The notes: a model not told the origin generated them from the letters alone. Counted from the first letter of the stretch, positions 1 to 8,948 are shown. The stretch is 64,000 nt of DNA from an uncultured Clostridia bacterium (GCA_934169575.1 CAKPOA010000005.1:5797-69796); one strand, 5' to 3'. A program made the numbers and translations.

Positions 1-569
1 TTTGCTTCTCCTTTAAATTTATATGCTCCATGGCTTGTTCCAATAGCAATTGCTAAAGAATCACAACCTGTTCTTTTTACAAATTCTTCAGCTTGTGCTG
101 GATCTGTATACATTGCATCAGATACTGCAACATTTACATCATCTTCTATTCCAGCAAGTTTTCCAAGTTCAGCTTCTACTACAACTCCATGTGCATGTGC
201 ATAATCAACAACTTCTTTTGTTAATCTAACATTTTCTTCAAAATCATATTTTGAACCATCAAACATTACAGATGTAAAACCTGCATCTACACACATTTTA
301 CAAGTTTCAAAATCTGGTCCGTGATCTAAATGGATCGCAATTGGAATATCTGGGTGTTCTTCAACTGCTGCTTCTACCATTTTCATCAAATAATTTATTT
401 TTGCATATTTTATTGCACTTGATGATGCTTGTAATATTACTGGAGATTTTTCCTCTGCAGCTGCATCAACTATTGCTTGTATTATTTCCATATTGTTTAC
501 ATTAAATGCTCCTATCGCAAATCCTTCTTTCATAGATTTTTCAAACATTTCCTTTGTTGTTACTAACAT
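1..569 (-). CDS. fba: Class II fructose-1,6-bisphosphate aldolase (N-terminal part; gene runs off left edge)
   Basis: Hand translation of the minus strand from ATG at 569-567 gives MLVTTKEMFEKSMKEGFAIGAFNVNNMEIIQAIVDAAAEEKSPVILQASS...HLDHGPDFETCKMCVDAGFTSVMFDGS, typical of class II FBA. Absent from the ORF track because it is truncated by the window edge. Confidence 0.85.
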   Translation of the reverse strand, partial: MLVTTKEMFEKSMKEGFAIGAFNVNNMEIIQAIVDAAAEEKSPVILQASSSAIKYAKINYLMKMVEAAVEEHPDIPIAIHLDHGPDFETCKMCVDAGFTSVMFDGSKYDFEENVRLTKEVVDYAHAHGVVVEAELGKLAGIEDDVNVAVSDAMYTDPAQAEEFVKRTGCDSLAIAIGTSHGAYKFKGEA

Positions 570-691
570 ATAAATCATTCCTTTCATTTTTGATTTTTTT
601 TATTGTATTACATTTTCAAAAAAATTACAATAGTTTTTTCTCAATCTTTACAAATACTTTTTTTCATGGTAAAATAATTTTGGTGATAAGA

Positions 692-1156
692 ATGAATAAT
701 AAAAAAATAATTGCAAAAAATCCTACAGCATATCATAATTATTTTATTGAAAATACAATAGAAACTGGTATTGTTCTATCAGGAACAGAAATAAAATCAA
801 TTCGTGCTGGCAAAGTAAATTTAAAAGACAGTTATGCAAATATTAAAAATGGAGAATGTTATATATATGGAATGCATATAAGTCCATATTCTCATGGCAA
901 TATTTATAACAAAGATCCATTAAGAGATAGAAAATTGTTATTAAATAAAAGAGAAATCAATAAATTATTTATAAAAATAAAACAAAATGGTTGTAGCCTA
1001 GTTCCTATATGTTTATATTTTAGTGGAAATTTTGTTAAATTAGAACTTGGTATTGGAAAAGGAAAAAAATTATATGACAAAAGGCAAGATATTGCTAAAA
1101 AAGATGCCCAAATGAAAATAAAAAAAGCAATTAGGCAAAATGAAAAAAATATTTAA
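692..1156 (+). CDS. smpB: SsrA-binding protein SmpB
   Basis: The C-terminal 154 aa of ORF 554..1156 (MNNKKIIAKNPTAYHNYFIENTIETGIVLSGTEIKSIRAGKVNLKDSYA...) match the SmpB family. The start is moved to the internal ATG at 692 because the upstream part is low-complexity read-through. Confidence 0.9.
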   Translation: MNNKKIIAKNPTAYHNYFIENTIETGIVLSGTEIKSIRAGKVNLKDSYANIKNGECYIYGMHISPYSHGNIYNKDPLRDRKLLLNKREINKLFIKIKQNGCSLVPICLYFSGNFVKLELGIGKGKKLYDKRQDIAKKDAQMKIKKAIRQNEKNI

Positions 1157-1186
1157 AAAAACGGCTTTACATTAGCCGTTTTTTGT
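1155..1186. terminator. Bidirectional rho-independent terminator between smpB and acpP
   Basis: AAAAAACGGCT-TTACATT-AGCCGTTTTTT: a 7-bp GC-containing stem flanked by an A-run and a T-run, lying between convergent genes. Confidence 0.6.
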
Positions 1187-1188
1187 TC

Positions 1189-1431
1189 TTATTGAACATT
1201 TTCTTTTATGTAATTTACAACATCTGCTACTGAAACAACTTTTTCTGCATCAGCATCAGGAATTTCTATATCAAATTCTTCTTCTAAAGCCATTATTAAT
1301 TCAACTAAATCAAGAGAGTCTGCTCCTAAGTCATCTATAAATGATGCTTCTTGTGTTACTGCATCCTCATTTACTTGTAATTGTTCAACTATTATTGCTT
1401 TTACTTTTTCAAATATTTCATCTGAACTCAT
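1189..1431 (-). CDS. acpP: Acyl carrier protein
   Basis: [20 protein letters not shown]...[27 protein letters not shown] carries the phosphopantetheine-site DSLD motif. Start set at the ATG at 1431, preceded by GAGGGGGTGAAC. Confidence 0.9.
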   Translation of the reverse strand: MSSDEIFEKVKAIIVEQLQVNEDAVTQEASFIDDLGADSLDLVELIMALEEEFDIEIPDADAEKVVSVADVVNYIKENVQ

Positions 1432-1497
1432 TAAAAGTTCACCCCCTCTCAACATGGTTATTTATTTCAAATAATTTCTTCATATTTGTCTGTTACA

Positions 1498-1526
1498 TTT
1501 ATAATATATGTTTTGTTTTTTGTCAA
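1498..1526 (-). promoter_or_regulatory. Candidate sigma-A promoter for acpP
   Basis: The minus strand reads TTGACA-N17-TATAAA upstream of acpP, inside the plsX-acpP gap. Confidence 0.35.
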
Positions 1527-1530
1527 TAGT

Positions 1531-2553
1531 TTATTTATTATTTTTTTCAAATTCTGTAATTAAATTTTCGACAGTTTTATTTTCAACAAATTTTTCTGCT
1601 TGTTTTATAGTAAATTCAAATAATTTTTCATCACTACTTCCATGTGCTTTTACAACAGGTTTTTTTACACCTAAAAACAATGCACCACCATATGATTTAT
1701 AATCTACCGTTTTAGCAAATCTATTTATAGCAGGTAATGATGGGCAAGCTAAAATCTTTGATAATAGATTTTTTGTCAAACTTTCTTTTAATGTAACTTT
1801 AACCAATTTTCCAAGTCCTTCTGCTGTTTTTAAAAAAACATTACCTGTAAAGCCATCTGTTACAATTGCATCAACATTACCAGAAAAAGCATCTCTTCCT
1901 TCAACATTACCAATAAAATTAATATTTAATTCTTCTGATTTTTCTTTTAATAATTTATATGTTTCTCTTACAAGTTCATTTCCTTTTGTTTCTTCAGTTC
2001 CAATATTTAATAGTCCTATTTTAGGATTTTCTACCCCAAATGTATTTCTAATATAAATACTTGCCATTTGAGCAAATTGTACTAAAGTCATTGGCTTACA
2101 ATTTGTATTTGAACCCGCATCAATTAATACTAGTCTGCTTTTATAAGCTGGTAATATTCCTGCTAATGCTGGTCTATCAATTCCTTTAATTCTTCCAACA
2201 AGTAAAGTTGCACCTGTAAGTAGTGCTCCAGAATTTCCAGCAGATATAAATACATCTCCTTCATCTTGTTTTAACATTTTAAATCCTACAACCATTGATG
2301 AATCTTTTTTTCTTTTTATTGCGACTGTAGGTATATCTTCCATCTCAATTGTTTCTGTTGCATCTTGGATTTTTAATCTTGGTGAAATTTCTTCAATTGT
2401 TTTACCATAAAATTCTTTTATTTTGTTTCTAATCACTTCTTCTTTTCCTATTAATATAACCTCAGCATTTATTTGATCAATTGCTTTAACAGCACCTTTT
2501 ATATTTGCATCTGGGGCATTATCTCCACCCATTGCATCTAATAGTATTTTCAT
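1531..2553 (-). CDS. plsX: Phosphate acyltransferase PlsX
   Basis: 340-aa ORF: MKILLDAMGGDNAP...ISAGNSGAL...VKAHGSS matches the PlsX family, in the conserved plsX-acpP arrangement. Confidence 0.9.
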   Translation of the reverse strand: MKILLDAMGGDNAPDANIKGAVKAIDQINAEVILIGKEEVIRNKIKEFYGKTIEEISPRLKIQDATETIEMEDIPTVAIKRKKDSSMVVGFKMLKQDEGDVFISAGNSGALLTGATLLVGRIKGIDRPALAGILPAYKSRLVLIDAGSNTNCKPMTLVQFAQMASIYIRNTFGVENPKIGLLNIGTEETKGNELVRETYKLLKEKSEELNINFIGNVEGRDAFSGNVDAIVTDGFTGNVFLKTAEGLGKLVKVTLKESLTKNLLSKILACPSLPAINRFAKTVDYKSYGGALFLGVKKPVVKAHGSSDEKLFEFTIKQAEKFVENKTVENLITEFEKNNK

Positions 2554-2675
2554 TTTAAAAACTCATTCCTTTCTCAAGGTTCAAACCTAATTCATATGTT
2601 CTTCCTTTTGTTTTGATATTTATATTTTAGTATCATTTCACAAAAAAAGCAATAGTTTTTTTAAAACTTTCAAAT

Positions 2676-5291
2676 TTAAATATATTTTTCTAATAATTTT
2701 TTACTAGAATTCACATTATTAACCTTTTTTTGTAATTCTATAATAAATATAGGCATAATAGAAATAATTGCTGTATATAGCCATTGTAGTCCATTTAAAG
2801 GTATTAAATCAAATATATTTGCAATATTTGGAACAATAACTACAATAATCTGTAAAATACTTCCTAAAATAAAACTTCCAATTAAAAATTTATTTTCAAA
2901 TAAACTTGAATTTAAAATAGAATTTTCAGATTTTATATTAAAACTATGTACTAATTCCAAAAGCCCTAAACACACAAAAGCCATTGTTCTACCAACTTCT
3001 AAGCCATAATATTTATTTCCAAGTGAAAAGGCAACAAGTGTCAATACACCAATCATAACACCTTCTGTTATAATTTTATTCCATAATCCTCCTGCAAATA
3101 AACTTTCTTTTGAATTACGTGGTTTTTTACTCATAATATTTTTTTCTTCTTTTTCTAATCCTAAAGCAATTGCAGGAAAAGAATCTGTAACTAAATTAAT
3201 CCACAATAATTGAATTGCAAGCAAAGGAGTTTCAAGCCCTAATAATAAGCCAACAAAAATTGTAACAATTTCTCCTATATTTGTTGCAATAAGAAAATGT
3301 ATTGCTTTTTTAATATTATTATAAATATTTCTTCCTTGTTTAACCGCTTCTACAATTGTAACAAAATTGTCATCTACTAATATCATATCAGCAGCATTTT
3401 TAGCAACATCTGTCCCTCCTTTTCCCATAGCAATACCAATATCCGCTTTTTTTAATGCAGGACTATCATTTACACCATCACCTGTCATAGCAACAACTGC
3501 ACCTGTTTTCTGCCAAGCTTTTACAATTCTAACTTTATGTTCTGGAGTAACTCTTGCAAAAACAGAAAACTCTGAGATTCTTTTTTCTAATTCTTTATCT
3601 GAAATATTATCTAATTCTGCACCAGTAATAGCCATATCTTTTTTGGTCAAAATACCAAGTTCTTTTGCAATTGCTTTTGCAGTTGCAATATGATCTCCTG
3701 TAATCATAACAGTTTTTATTCCAGCTTGCTTACATGTTTTAACAGCTTGTTTCACTCCATCTCTTGGTGGATCAATCATACCAATTAATCCTACAAATAC
3801 TAAATCATTTTCTATATTTTTTATATTATAATTTATATTAACATCTCTAAATCCAACTGCTAAAACTCTTAAGGCATTATCAGCCATTTTAGTATTTTGC
3901 ATTATAATTTTCTTTTTCTCATCTTCAGTAAGAAATTCTACTTTTCCATTTTTCCAAATTTTATTGCATTTTTCAATCAATACATCTGGAGCTCCTTTTG
4001 TAATACTTTTATATTTCCCATTCCATTTATGAACTGTTGTCATCATTTTTCTATTAGAATCAAATGGAATTTCATCAACTCTAGGTCTTATTTTATATAA
4101 ATTATCTTTATTAATTTTTTCATCTAAAGCTCTATTTACAATTGCCTTTTCTGTTGGTTCACCACAAATATCATATATTCCATTTTCTTGTTTTATGATA
4201 CAATCTGTACACATGCTTCCTAATTCCAATAATAATTTTGTGTCATCACTCACTACTTTTACTACAGTCATTTTATTTTGTGTAAGAGTACCTGTTTTAT
4301 CAGAACATATTACACTACTACTACCTAGAGTTTCAACAGCAGGCAATTTTCTTATTATACTATTTTTCTTTGCCATCTTTGTAACTCCAATTGAAAGCAT
4401 TATTGTAACAATAGCTGGTAATCCTTCTGGAATTGCCGCAACTGCAAGTCCAACAGAAGTCATAAACATTTCAATAGGCGGGATTTTCTTTAACAAACCA
4501 ATACCAAATATTACTATACAAATCACTAAACAAACAATACCTAAAATTTTTCCAACTTCACCCAATTTTTTTTGAATAGGTGTTTCAGGAGCATCTTCTT
4601 TTATTATCATATTTGCAATTTTTCCAATTTTAGTATCCATACCTGTTTCAGTAACAATTGCTTTTCCATGTCCAGATACAACAATACTTCCCATAAAAGC
4701 CATATTTCTCATATCACCTAATGTTATTTTTTCTTCATATATTCTATCAGTAATTTTGCTAACAGGTTCTATTTCGCCTGTTAAACTAGATTCTTCAATT
4801 TTTAAATTATAAGTTTCTACTATCCTACAATCTGCAGGCACAAAATTTCCATCTGAAAGTTCTATTATGTCTCCAGGTATAATTTCTTCTACATTTATTT
4901 CTTCAATATTTCCATCTCTTATAACCTTTGCCATATTAGGGGTTAATTTTTTTAAACTTTCTATAGACTTTTCGGCTTTTTGCTCTTGAATAAGTCCCAT
5001 AATTGCATTTAAAACAACAATTGCAATTATTATTATTGAATCAAAATAATCATTTTGTCCTTGTACATATGATATTCCTGCAGATATTATTGATGCAATA
5101 ATTAAAATTATAATCATAAAATCATTAAACTGCTTAAAAAATTTTATTATAATACTTTCTTTCTTTTTTTCATCCAATCTATTTTTGCCAAATTTGTTCC
5201 TCCTTTTCTCAACCTCTTTTTGTCCTAAACCATATTTTATGCTTGTCTTTAATGTTTCCTCAACATCTTCAATCTTTTTTGTATACCACAT
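2676..5291 (-). CDS. P-type (IIA-like) cation-transporting ATPase, probably Ca2+
   Basis: Contains the CSDKTGTLTQNKM phosphorylation motif, MITGDH, TGDGVNDSPALKKADIG and about 10 TM segments. Start moved to MWYTKK (ATG at 5291) behind AGGAGAGG. Confidence 0.85.
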   Translation of the reverse strand: MWYTKKIEDVEETLKTSIKYGLGQKEVEKRRNKFGKNRLDEKKKESIIIKFFKQFNDFMIIILIIASIISAGISYVQGQNDYFDSIIIIAIVVLNAIMGLIQEQKAEKSIESLKKLTPNMAKVIRDGNIEEINVEEIIPGDIIELSDGNFVPADCRIVETYNLKIEESSLTGEIEPVSKITDRIYEEKITLGDMRNMAFMGSIVVSGHGKAIVTETGMDTKIGKIANMIIKEDAPETPIQKKLGEVGKILGIVCLVICIVIFGIGLLKKIPPIEMFMTSVGLAVAAIPEGLPAIVTIMLSIGVTKMAKKNSIIRKLPAVETLGSSSVICSDKTGTLTQNKMTVVKVVSDDTKLLLELGSMCTDCIIKQENGIYDICGEPTEKAIVNRALDEKINKDNLYKIRPRVDEIPFDSNRKMMTTVHKWNGKYKSITKGAPDVLIEKCNKIWKNGKVEFLTEDEKKKIIMQNTKMADNALRVLAVGFRDVNINYNIKNIENDLVFVGLIGMIDPPRDGVKQAVKTCKQAGIKTVMITGDHIATAKAIAKELGILTKKDMAITGAELDNISDKELEKRISEFSVFARVTPEHKVRIVKAWQKTGAVVAMTGDGVNDSPALKKADIGIAMGKGGTDVAKNAADMILVDDNFVTIVEAVKQGRNIYNNIKKAIHFLIATNIGEIVTIFVGLLLGLETPLLAIQLLWINLVTDSFPAIALGLEKEEKNIMSKKPRNSKESLFAGGLWNKIITEGVMIGVLTLVAFSLGNKYYGLEVGRTMAFVCLGLLELVHSFNIKSENSILNSSLFENKFLIGSFILGSILQIIVVIVPNIANIFDLIPLNGLQWLYTAIISIMPIFIIELQKKVNNVNSSKKLLEKYI

Positions 5292-5353
5292 TTTATCCTC
5301 TCCTTGTATCAAATTTTCATTTTAATATATGTAGATTTAATATGTTTTAGAAC

Positions 5354-5381
5354 TAAAAAAGATATAGCTTTTAAGCTATAC
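5354..5381 (-). terminator. Candidate terminator after the peroxiredoxin gene
   Basis: The minus strand reads GGTATAGCTTAAAAGCTATATC followed by TTTTTT. Confidence 0.45.
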
Positions 5382-5391
5382 CTTTAATCTC

Positions 5392-6072
5392 TTATGATTT
5401 TTTCAAACATTTTTGTTCTGGCTCCTTAAAACTTAAATACCAACTAATGCCATTATTATTTTGTGATAAATATTGTTGTCTTTCTTCAAGTTCACAATAT
5501 GTTTGTGGCATTGGAACAATAACAGGATCTCCGGTCCTCCAATTTGCAGGTGTTGAACCATTTGTACAATCTGCCATTTGTAATGCTTCAACTATTCTTA
5601 ATATTTCTGGTATAAATCTTCCAACATTTAATGGATATACTAATATAGTTCTTATGGTCCCTTTATCATCAATTATAAATACATTTCTTACTGTTTGTGT
5701 ATTACTTATATCAGATGATATCATTCCATACATTCTTGCAATTTCTCCTGACCTATCTGCAATTATAGGAAATGGAATTTTTATTCCTGTTCTACAATAT
5801 ATGTCATACATCCAAGCTAAGTGTGAACTATTACTATCAATACTTAATCCTAATAATTGAGTATTCATATTTTGAAAATATGGATAAGCTCTTGAAAAAG
5901 CAATCATTTCAGTGGTACATACGGGTGTGAAATCCCCTGGATGTGAAAATAGTATTAACCAACTTCCTGCATAATCTTCTAAACAAACATTTCCATATGT
6001 AGTAACTGCATTAAAATTAGGTGCCTTTTGCCCTATTTTCACATTTCCATTCATCATTAATTCATAATCCAT
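5392..6072 (-). CDS. Peroxiredoxin (1-Cys/Prx6-like, AhpC/TSA family)
   Basis: FSHPGDFTPVCTTE peroxidatic-Cys motif, 226 aa, GGAGG 7 nt upstream of the ATG. Confidence 0.85.
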   Translation of the reverse strand: MDYELMMNGNVKIGQKAPNFNAVTTYGNVCLEDYAGSWLILFSHPGDFTPVCTTEMIAFSRAYPYFQNMNTQLLGLSIDSNSSHLAWMYDIYCRTGIKIPFPIIADRSGEIARMYGMISSDISNTQTVRNVFIIDDKGTIRTILVYPLNVGRFIPEILRIVEALQMADCTNGSTPANWRTGDPVIVPMPQTYCELEERQQYLSQNNNGISWYLSFKEPEQKCLKKS

Positions 6073-6142
6073 AAATAATCCTCCAATATTGTTTTGTTAA
6101 TATATTATGAATTTATTTTACTTTTGTGATTAGACATTACAA

Positions 6143-6340
6143 GTCAGCCTTAAAACGATTTAAACCTAAATATGGATATAGAATTGTTTTTGAAATACTG
6201 CGTAAGCGATCAAACGAGCAAAGCGAGTGCGATTGGAGCAATTTTGATTATATTAAATTTAAAATATGGAAATTGCGACTGCAAAGTATGAAAAAACAAT
6301 TCTATATACATATTTAGGTAATAAATTTAAAATAGCTGAC
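6143..6340 (+). repeat. Foldback element with conserved core, copy 1 of 4 (core 6195-6289)
   Basis: Core ...CTGCGTAAGCGATCAAACGAGCAAAGCGAGTGCGATTGGAGCAATTTT...GGAAATTGCGACTGCAAAGTAT is shared with 26253-26346, 36244-36338 and 45502-45595. The flanking arms (6165-6199 and 6285-6320) are complementary, and the ends are GTCAGC/GCTGAC. Confidence 0.85.
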
Positions 6341-6345
6341 ACTTT

Positions 6346-6789
6346 TTAGTAAATTTCTTTTGAAAGCAAAAATGCATCAGAATTTTTGTAATATTTTTTC
6401 CTTAATCCTACCTGCTTAAATCCATACTTTTTATACAAATTAATTGCAATAGTATTTATGGAAGAAACCTCCAAATTTATAGTTTTGCACTTACTTTTTT
6501 TAGCAATATTGATTAAATTTTCCAAAATAAAATTTGAAAATCCTTTACCTCTGTAGCATTTTTTTACAACAATATTATTAATTTCTGCAATATCTAAAAT
6601 GATTGAAATTCCAGCAAAACCAATAATTTCAGTATTTATTTTACACACACAATAGTAAGAACTTTCAGTTTCTAATTCATTTTTTAATATATTATAATTC
6701 CAAAAATCATCAAAATCTGTTTCTAAAATATCAGCTATTTGATTTAAATCGGAAGTTGTCATCTTTTCTATAATTAAATTATTTTCCAT
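6346..6789 (-). CDS. rimI: GNAT acetyltransferase, ribosomal-protein-alanine N-acetyltransferase-like
   Basis: 147-aa GNAT fold (VKKCYRGKGFSNFIL) located downstream of tsaE-tsaB in the canonical tsaE-tsaB-rimI order. Confidence 0.75.
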   Translation of the reverse strand: MENNLIIEKMTTSDLNQIADILETDFDDFWNYNILKNELETESSYYCVCKINTEIIGFAGISIILDIAEINNIVVKKCYRGKGFSNFILENLINIAKKSKCKTINLEVSSINTIAINLYKKYGFKQVGLRKKYYKNSDAFLLSKEIY

Positions 6790-7468
6790 TAGACAATTTC
6801 TCCTCTAACATTCTTTCAGCTTGCGGTTTTCTGAGGTACAAAGGAAGAATATCATCACATTCATTATTATTAAAATGTGACAATCCAGCAAGGCCTAAAT
6901 TATAACTAGATAAATCATTATTGGAAACAAATTTGCAATCAGAAAATTTTTGTTTTATTTCATTTTCATAAGCTATTGCACCATCTCCAACAAATGTAAT
7001 AGAAGATGAAAAAACTAAAAGTTCAGATAATATATTATCTATTGTATCAACAGAAAAAGTTTTTATTAAAATATATTTATCTAATTTTTTTTCAAATACT
7101 GCATAATAAGCATTCAAATTTTTTGCATCAATCATAGAACATATTATTCCATCTTCATGACAATTATAAACTAACGCTTCTAAAGAACTAATACCAACCG
7201 TATTAATATTTAAACTATCTTGAAAACCTTTCGCAGTTGCAATCCCTATACGAATCCCAGTAAAAGAACCTGGTCCTTTATCACAAACTATTAAATCAAT
7301 ATCACTTAAACTTAAATCAAGACTCTCAAAAATCCCCTTAATAATTGGCATAAGTGTTTCTGAATGTGTTAAACCATTATCTTTAGATATTTCCTTTAAA
7401 AGTTTAGTATCTTCTAAAACTGCAACTGTACATATTTTACTTGATGTATCTATACTTAATATTTTCAA
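6779..7468 (-). CDS. tsaB: tRNA t6A37 biosynthesis protein TsaB
   Basis: MKILSIDTSS...GPGSFTGIRIGIATAKG matches the TsaB/YeaZ family. It overlaps both neighbouring genes by a few nt. Confidence 0.85.
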   Translation of the reverse strand: MKILSIDTSSKICTVAVLEDTKLLKEISKDNGLTHSETLMPIIKGIFESLDLSLSDIDLIVCDKGPGSFTGIRIGIATAKGFQDSLNINTVGISSLEALVYNCHEDGIICSMIDAKNLNAYYAVFEKKLDKYILIKTFSVDTIDNILSELLVFSSSITFVGDGAIAYENEIKQKFSDCKFVSNNDLSSYNLGLAGLSHFNNNECDDILPLYLRKPQAERMLEEKLSNGK

Positions 7469-7944
7469 ATTAGTTCCTCCTTTAATTTATTTAAAATATT
7501 AGAATAATTTATGCTTTTTCCATGAATAATAAATTTTAAAATTCTTGAATTTTCTTCAAGACCTTTTTCAAAAGATATTTCAATATATAATTTAGGTAAA
7601 ATATCTTCAATAATTTTCCCCCATTCAATTAAACATATTCCACTTTCAAAATACTCTTCTCCACCGATCTCAAGAAATTCATCACTATTTTCTAATCTAT
7701 ATACATCAAAATGATATATTTTAACTTGGTTAGATATATATTCATTTACAATATTAAATGTCGGACTAGAAATTTCATCTTGCAAATTAAAACTTTGTAG
7801 AAATCCCTCAACAAATTTAGTTTTTCCCATTCCTAGTTCTCCATTTAATATTATTACATCTCCTGTATTTAGTTTATTTGCCAAGCTTTTAGCAATTTTC
7901 ATTGTATATTCTGGTGAATTTGAAATTATTTCTAGTTTATTCAT
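7465..7944 (-). CDS. tsaE: tRNA t6A37 biosynthesis ATPase TsaE
   Basis: Contains the LNGELGMGKTKF P-loop and SPTFNIVNEY motif typical of TsaE/YjeE. Confidence 0.85.
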   Translation of the reverse strand: MNKLEIISNSPEYTMKIAKSLANKLNTGDVIILNGELGMGKTKFVEGFLQSFNLQDEISSPTFNIVNEYISNQVKIYHFDVYRLENSDEFLEIGGEEYFESGICLIEWGKIIEDILPKLYIEISFEKGLEENSRILKFIIHGKSINYSNILNKLKEELI

Positions 7945-8095
7945 TTTTATTTACTCCATTTCATATAATTTACAAACTATATAATAACATAAATCGATAA
8001 AAAAGGCAAATCTTTTTATCGAATAGGTAACATAATTATACAAACACAATATAATATATAAAACAGTAATATATAAATAGAATTGGAGGTAGAAT

Positions 8096-8248
8096 ATGTG
8101 GTTTAATGCACTGAAAAAAACTATAGGTGTTTGCTTTATAGGTTTGGGGATCGGAATATTATTAGTTTTGCTACTTCCAATAGCTGGCTGGCTATTTTTG
8201 ATAGGTTTAATTATTACAATTGTTGGATTAATTTGGCTTGCATGTTAG
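8096..8248 (+). CDS. 50-aa two-TM micro-protein (not in ORF track)
   Basis: GGAGGT followed by a 6-nt spacer and ATG at 8096. It translates to MWFNALKKTIGVCFIGLGIGILLVLLLPIAGWLFLIGLIITIVGLIWLAC. Confidence 0.5.
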   Translation: MWFNALKKTIGVCFIGLGIGILLVLLLPIAGWLFLIGLIITIVGLIWLAC

Positions 8249-8265
8249 AAAAGGAGGTACATACT

Positions 8266-8340
8266 ATGACCATAGTTGTAAAAAAAGTCCCTAAAGCATT
8301 TAGAGGAATTGTAAAACTTATTTTCGGAATTAAGGATTAA
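8266..8340 (+). CDS. spoVM: SpoVM-like 24-aa sporulation peptide
   Basis: AAAGGAGGT followed by a 7-nt spacer and ATG at 8266. MTIVVKKVPKAFRGIVKLIFGIKD resembles the amphipathic SpoVM pattern (B. subtilis MKFYTIKLPKFLGGIVRAMLGSFRKD, from memory), and a strong terminator follows. Confidence 0.55.
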   Translation: MTIVVKKVPKAFRGIVKLIFGIKD

Positions 8341-8341
8341 A

Positions 8342-8384
8342 ATACAGCAATCATTAGGTACTTTCTAATGATTGCTGTATTTTA
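8342..8384. terminator. Strong hairpin terminator after the spoVM-like ORF (shared with the convergent gene)
   Basis: ATACAGCAATCATTAG-GTACTTT-CTAATGATTGCTGTAT: a 16-bp perfect stem followed by TTTT. Confidence 0.65.
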
Positions 8385-8948
8385 TCTATTTTTTCTTTTT
8401 TTCATAATAATTGTTGTTAAAATAATTATTGCTAATATTCCAATAATTATTACAACACCTGTCCAACCTAAAGCAGAAACAATTTTACTTCCAAGAGACA
8501 TAATAATACCTGCAAGTAATACACCAAGTGTTATTGCTGAAATGCTTGTCTTAAAATCTAGTTTTAAAAAACTTGCAGCTAATGTTCCTGTCCAAGCACC
8601 TGTTCCTGGTAGTGGAATTCCAACAAATATAAGTAATGCCCAGAAAATCCCCCTATTTCCAGCAGATCGTTTTAGTTTTTCTCCACCTTTTTCACCTTTA
8701 TCCAAACACCATGTAAAAAACTTTCCAATTATTTTTTTATCTTTTCCCCATTCAAGGACTTTTCTTGCAAATAAATAAATAATAGGTACAGGTAATATAT
8801 TACATATAATTGCAATTGGATAATATGCAAATATATTTAATCCTAAACTTTCAGCAATTGGTATTGCTCCACGAAGTTCAATTATAGGAACCATTGATAT
8901 TAATCCAACTAAAATATATTTAACAAAAATAGGTAAACTTGTCATCAT
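8382..8948 (-). CDS. Small membrane protein, COG2426 / putative small multidrug export family-like
   Basis: Contains the IELRGAIPIA motif and 4-5 TM segments. Start moved to ATGATG at 8948 behind GGAGGATTATTT. Confidence 0.55.
   Translation of the reverse strand: MMTSLPIFVKYILVGLISMVPIIELRGAIPIAESLGLNIFAYYPIAIICNILPVPIIYLFARKVLEWGKDKKIIGKFFTWCLDKGEKGGEKLKRSAGNRGIFWALLIFVGIPLPGTGAWTGTLAASFLKLDFKTSISAITLGVLLAGIIMSLGSKIVSALGWTGVVIIIGILAIIILTTIIMKKRKNR

Noticed and set aside
554-691. N-terminal 46-aa extension of the smpB ORF
   Set aside because: The extension is Phe/Leu/Ile-rich read-through of the promoter region. The SmpB homology begins at the internal ATG at 692.
6126-6317. 63-aa ORF (GTG start) spanning foldback element copy 1
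   Set aside because: The reading frame is not preserved in the other three copies. Indels in the AT-rich loop shift the frame, and no ORF of 60 aa or more is reported there. There is no RBS, and core substitutions are not biased toward synonymous changes. It is best explained as a chance ORF in a repeat.
6119-6352. Possible target-site duplication (ACTTTT) around foldback copy 1
   Set aside because: The two ACTTTT strings are not equidistant from the homologous element ends defined by copy 2. A 6-nt match in AT-rich DNA is expected by chance.
8131-8265. Upstream part of the 69-aa ORF 8131..8340
   Set aside because: It has no RBS, overlaps the better-supported 50-aa ORF in another frame, and the internal ATG at 8266 has a near-perfect RBS.
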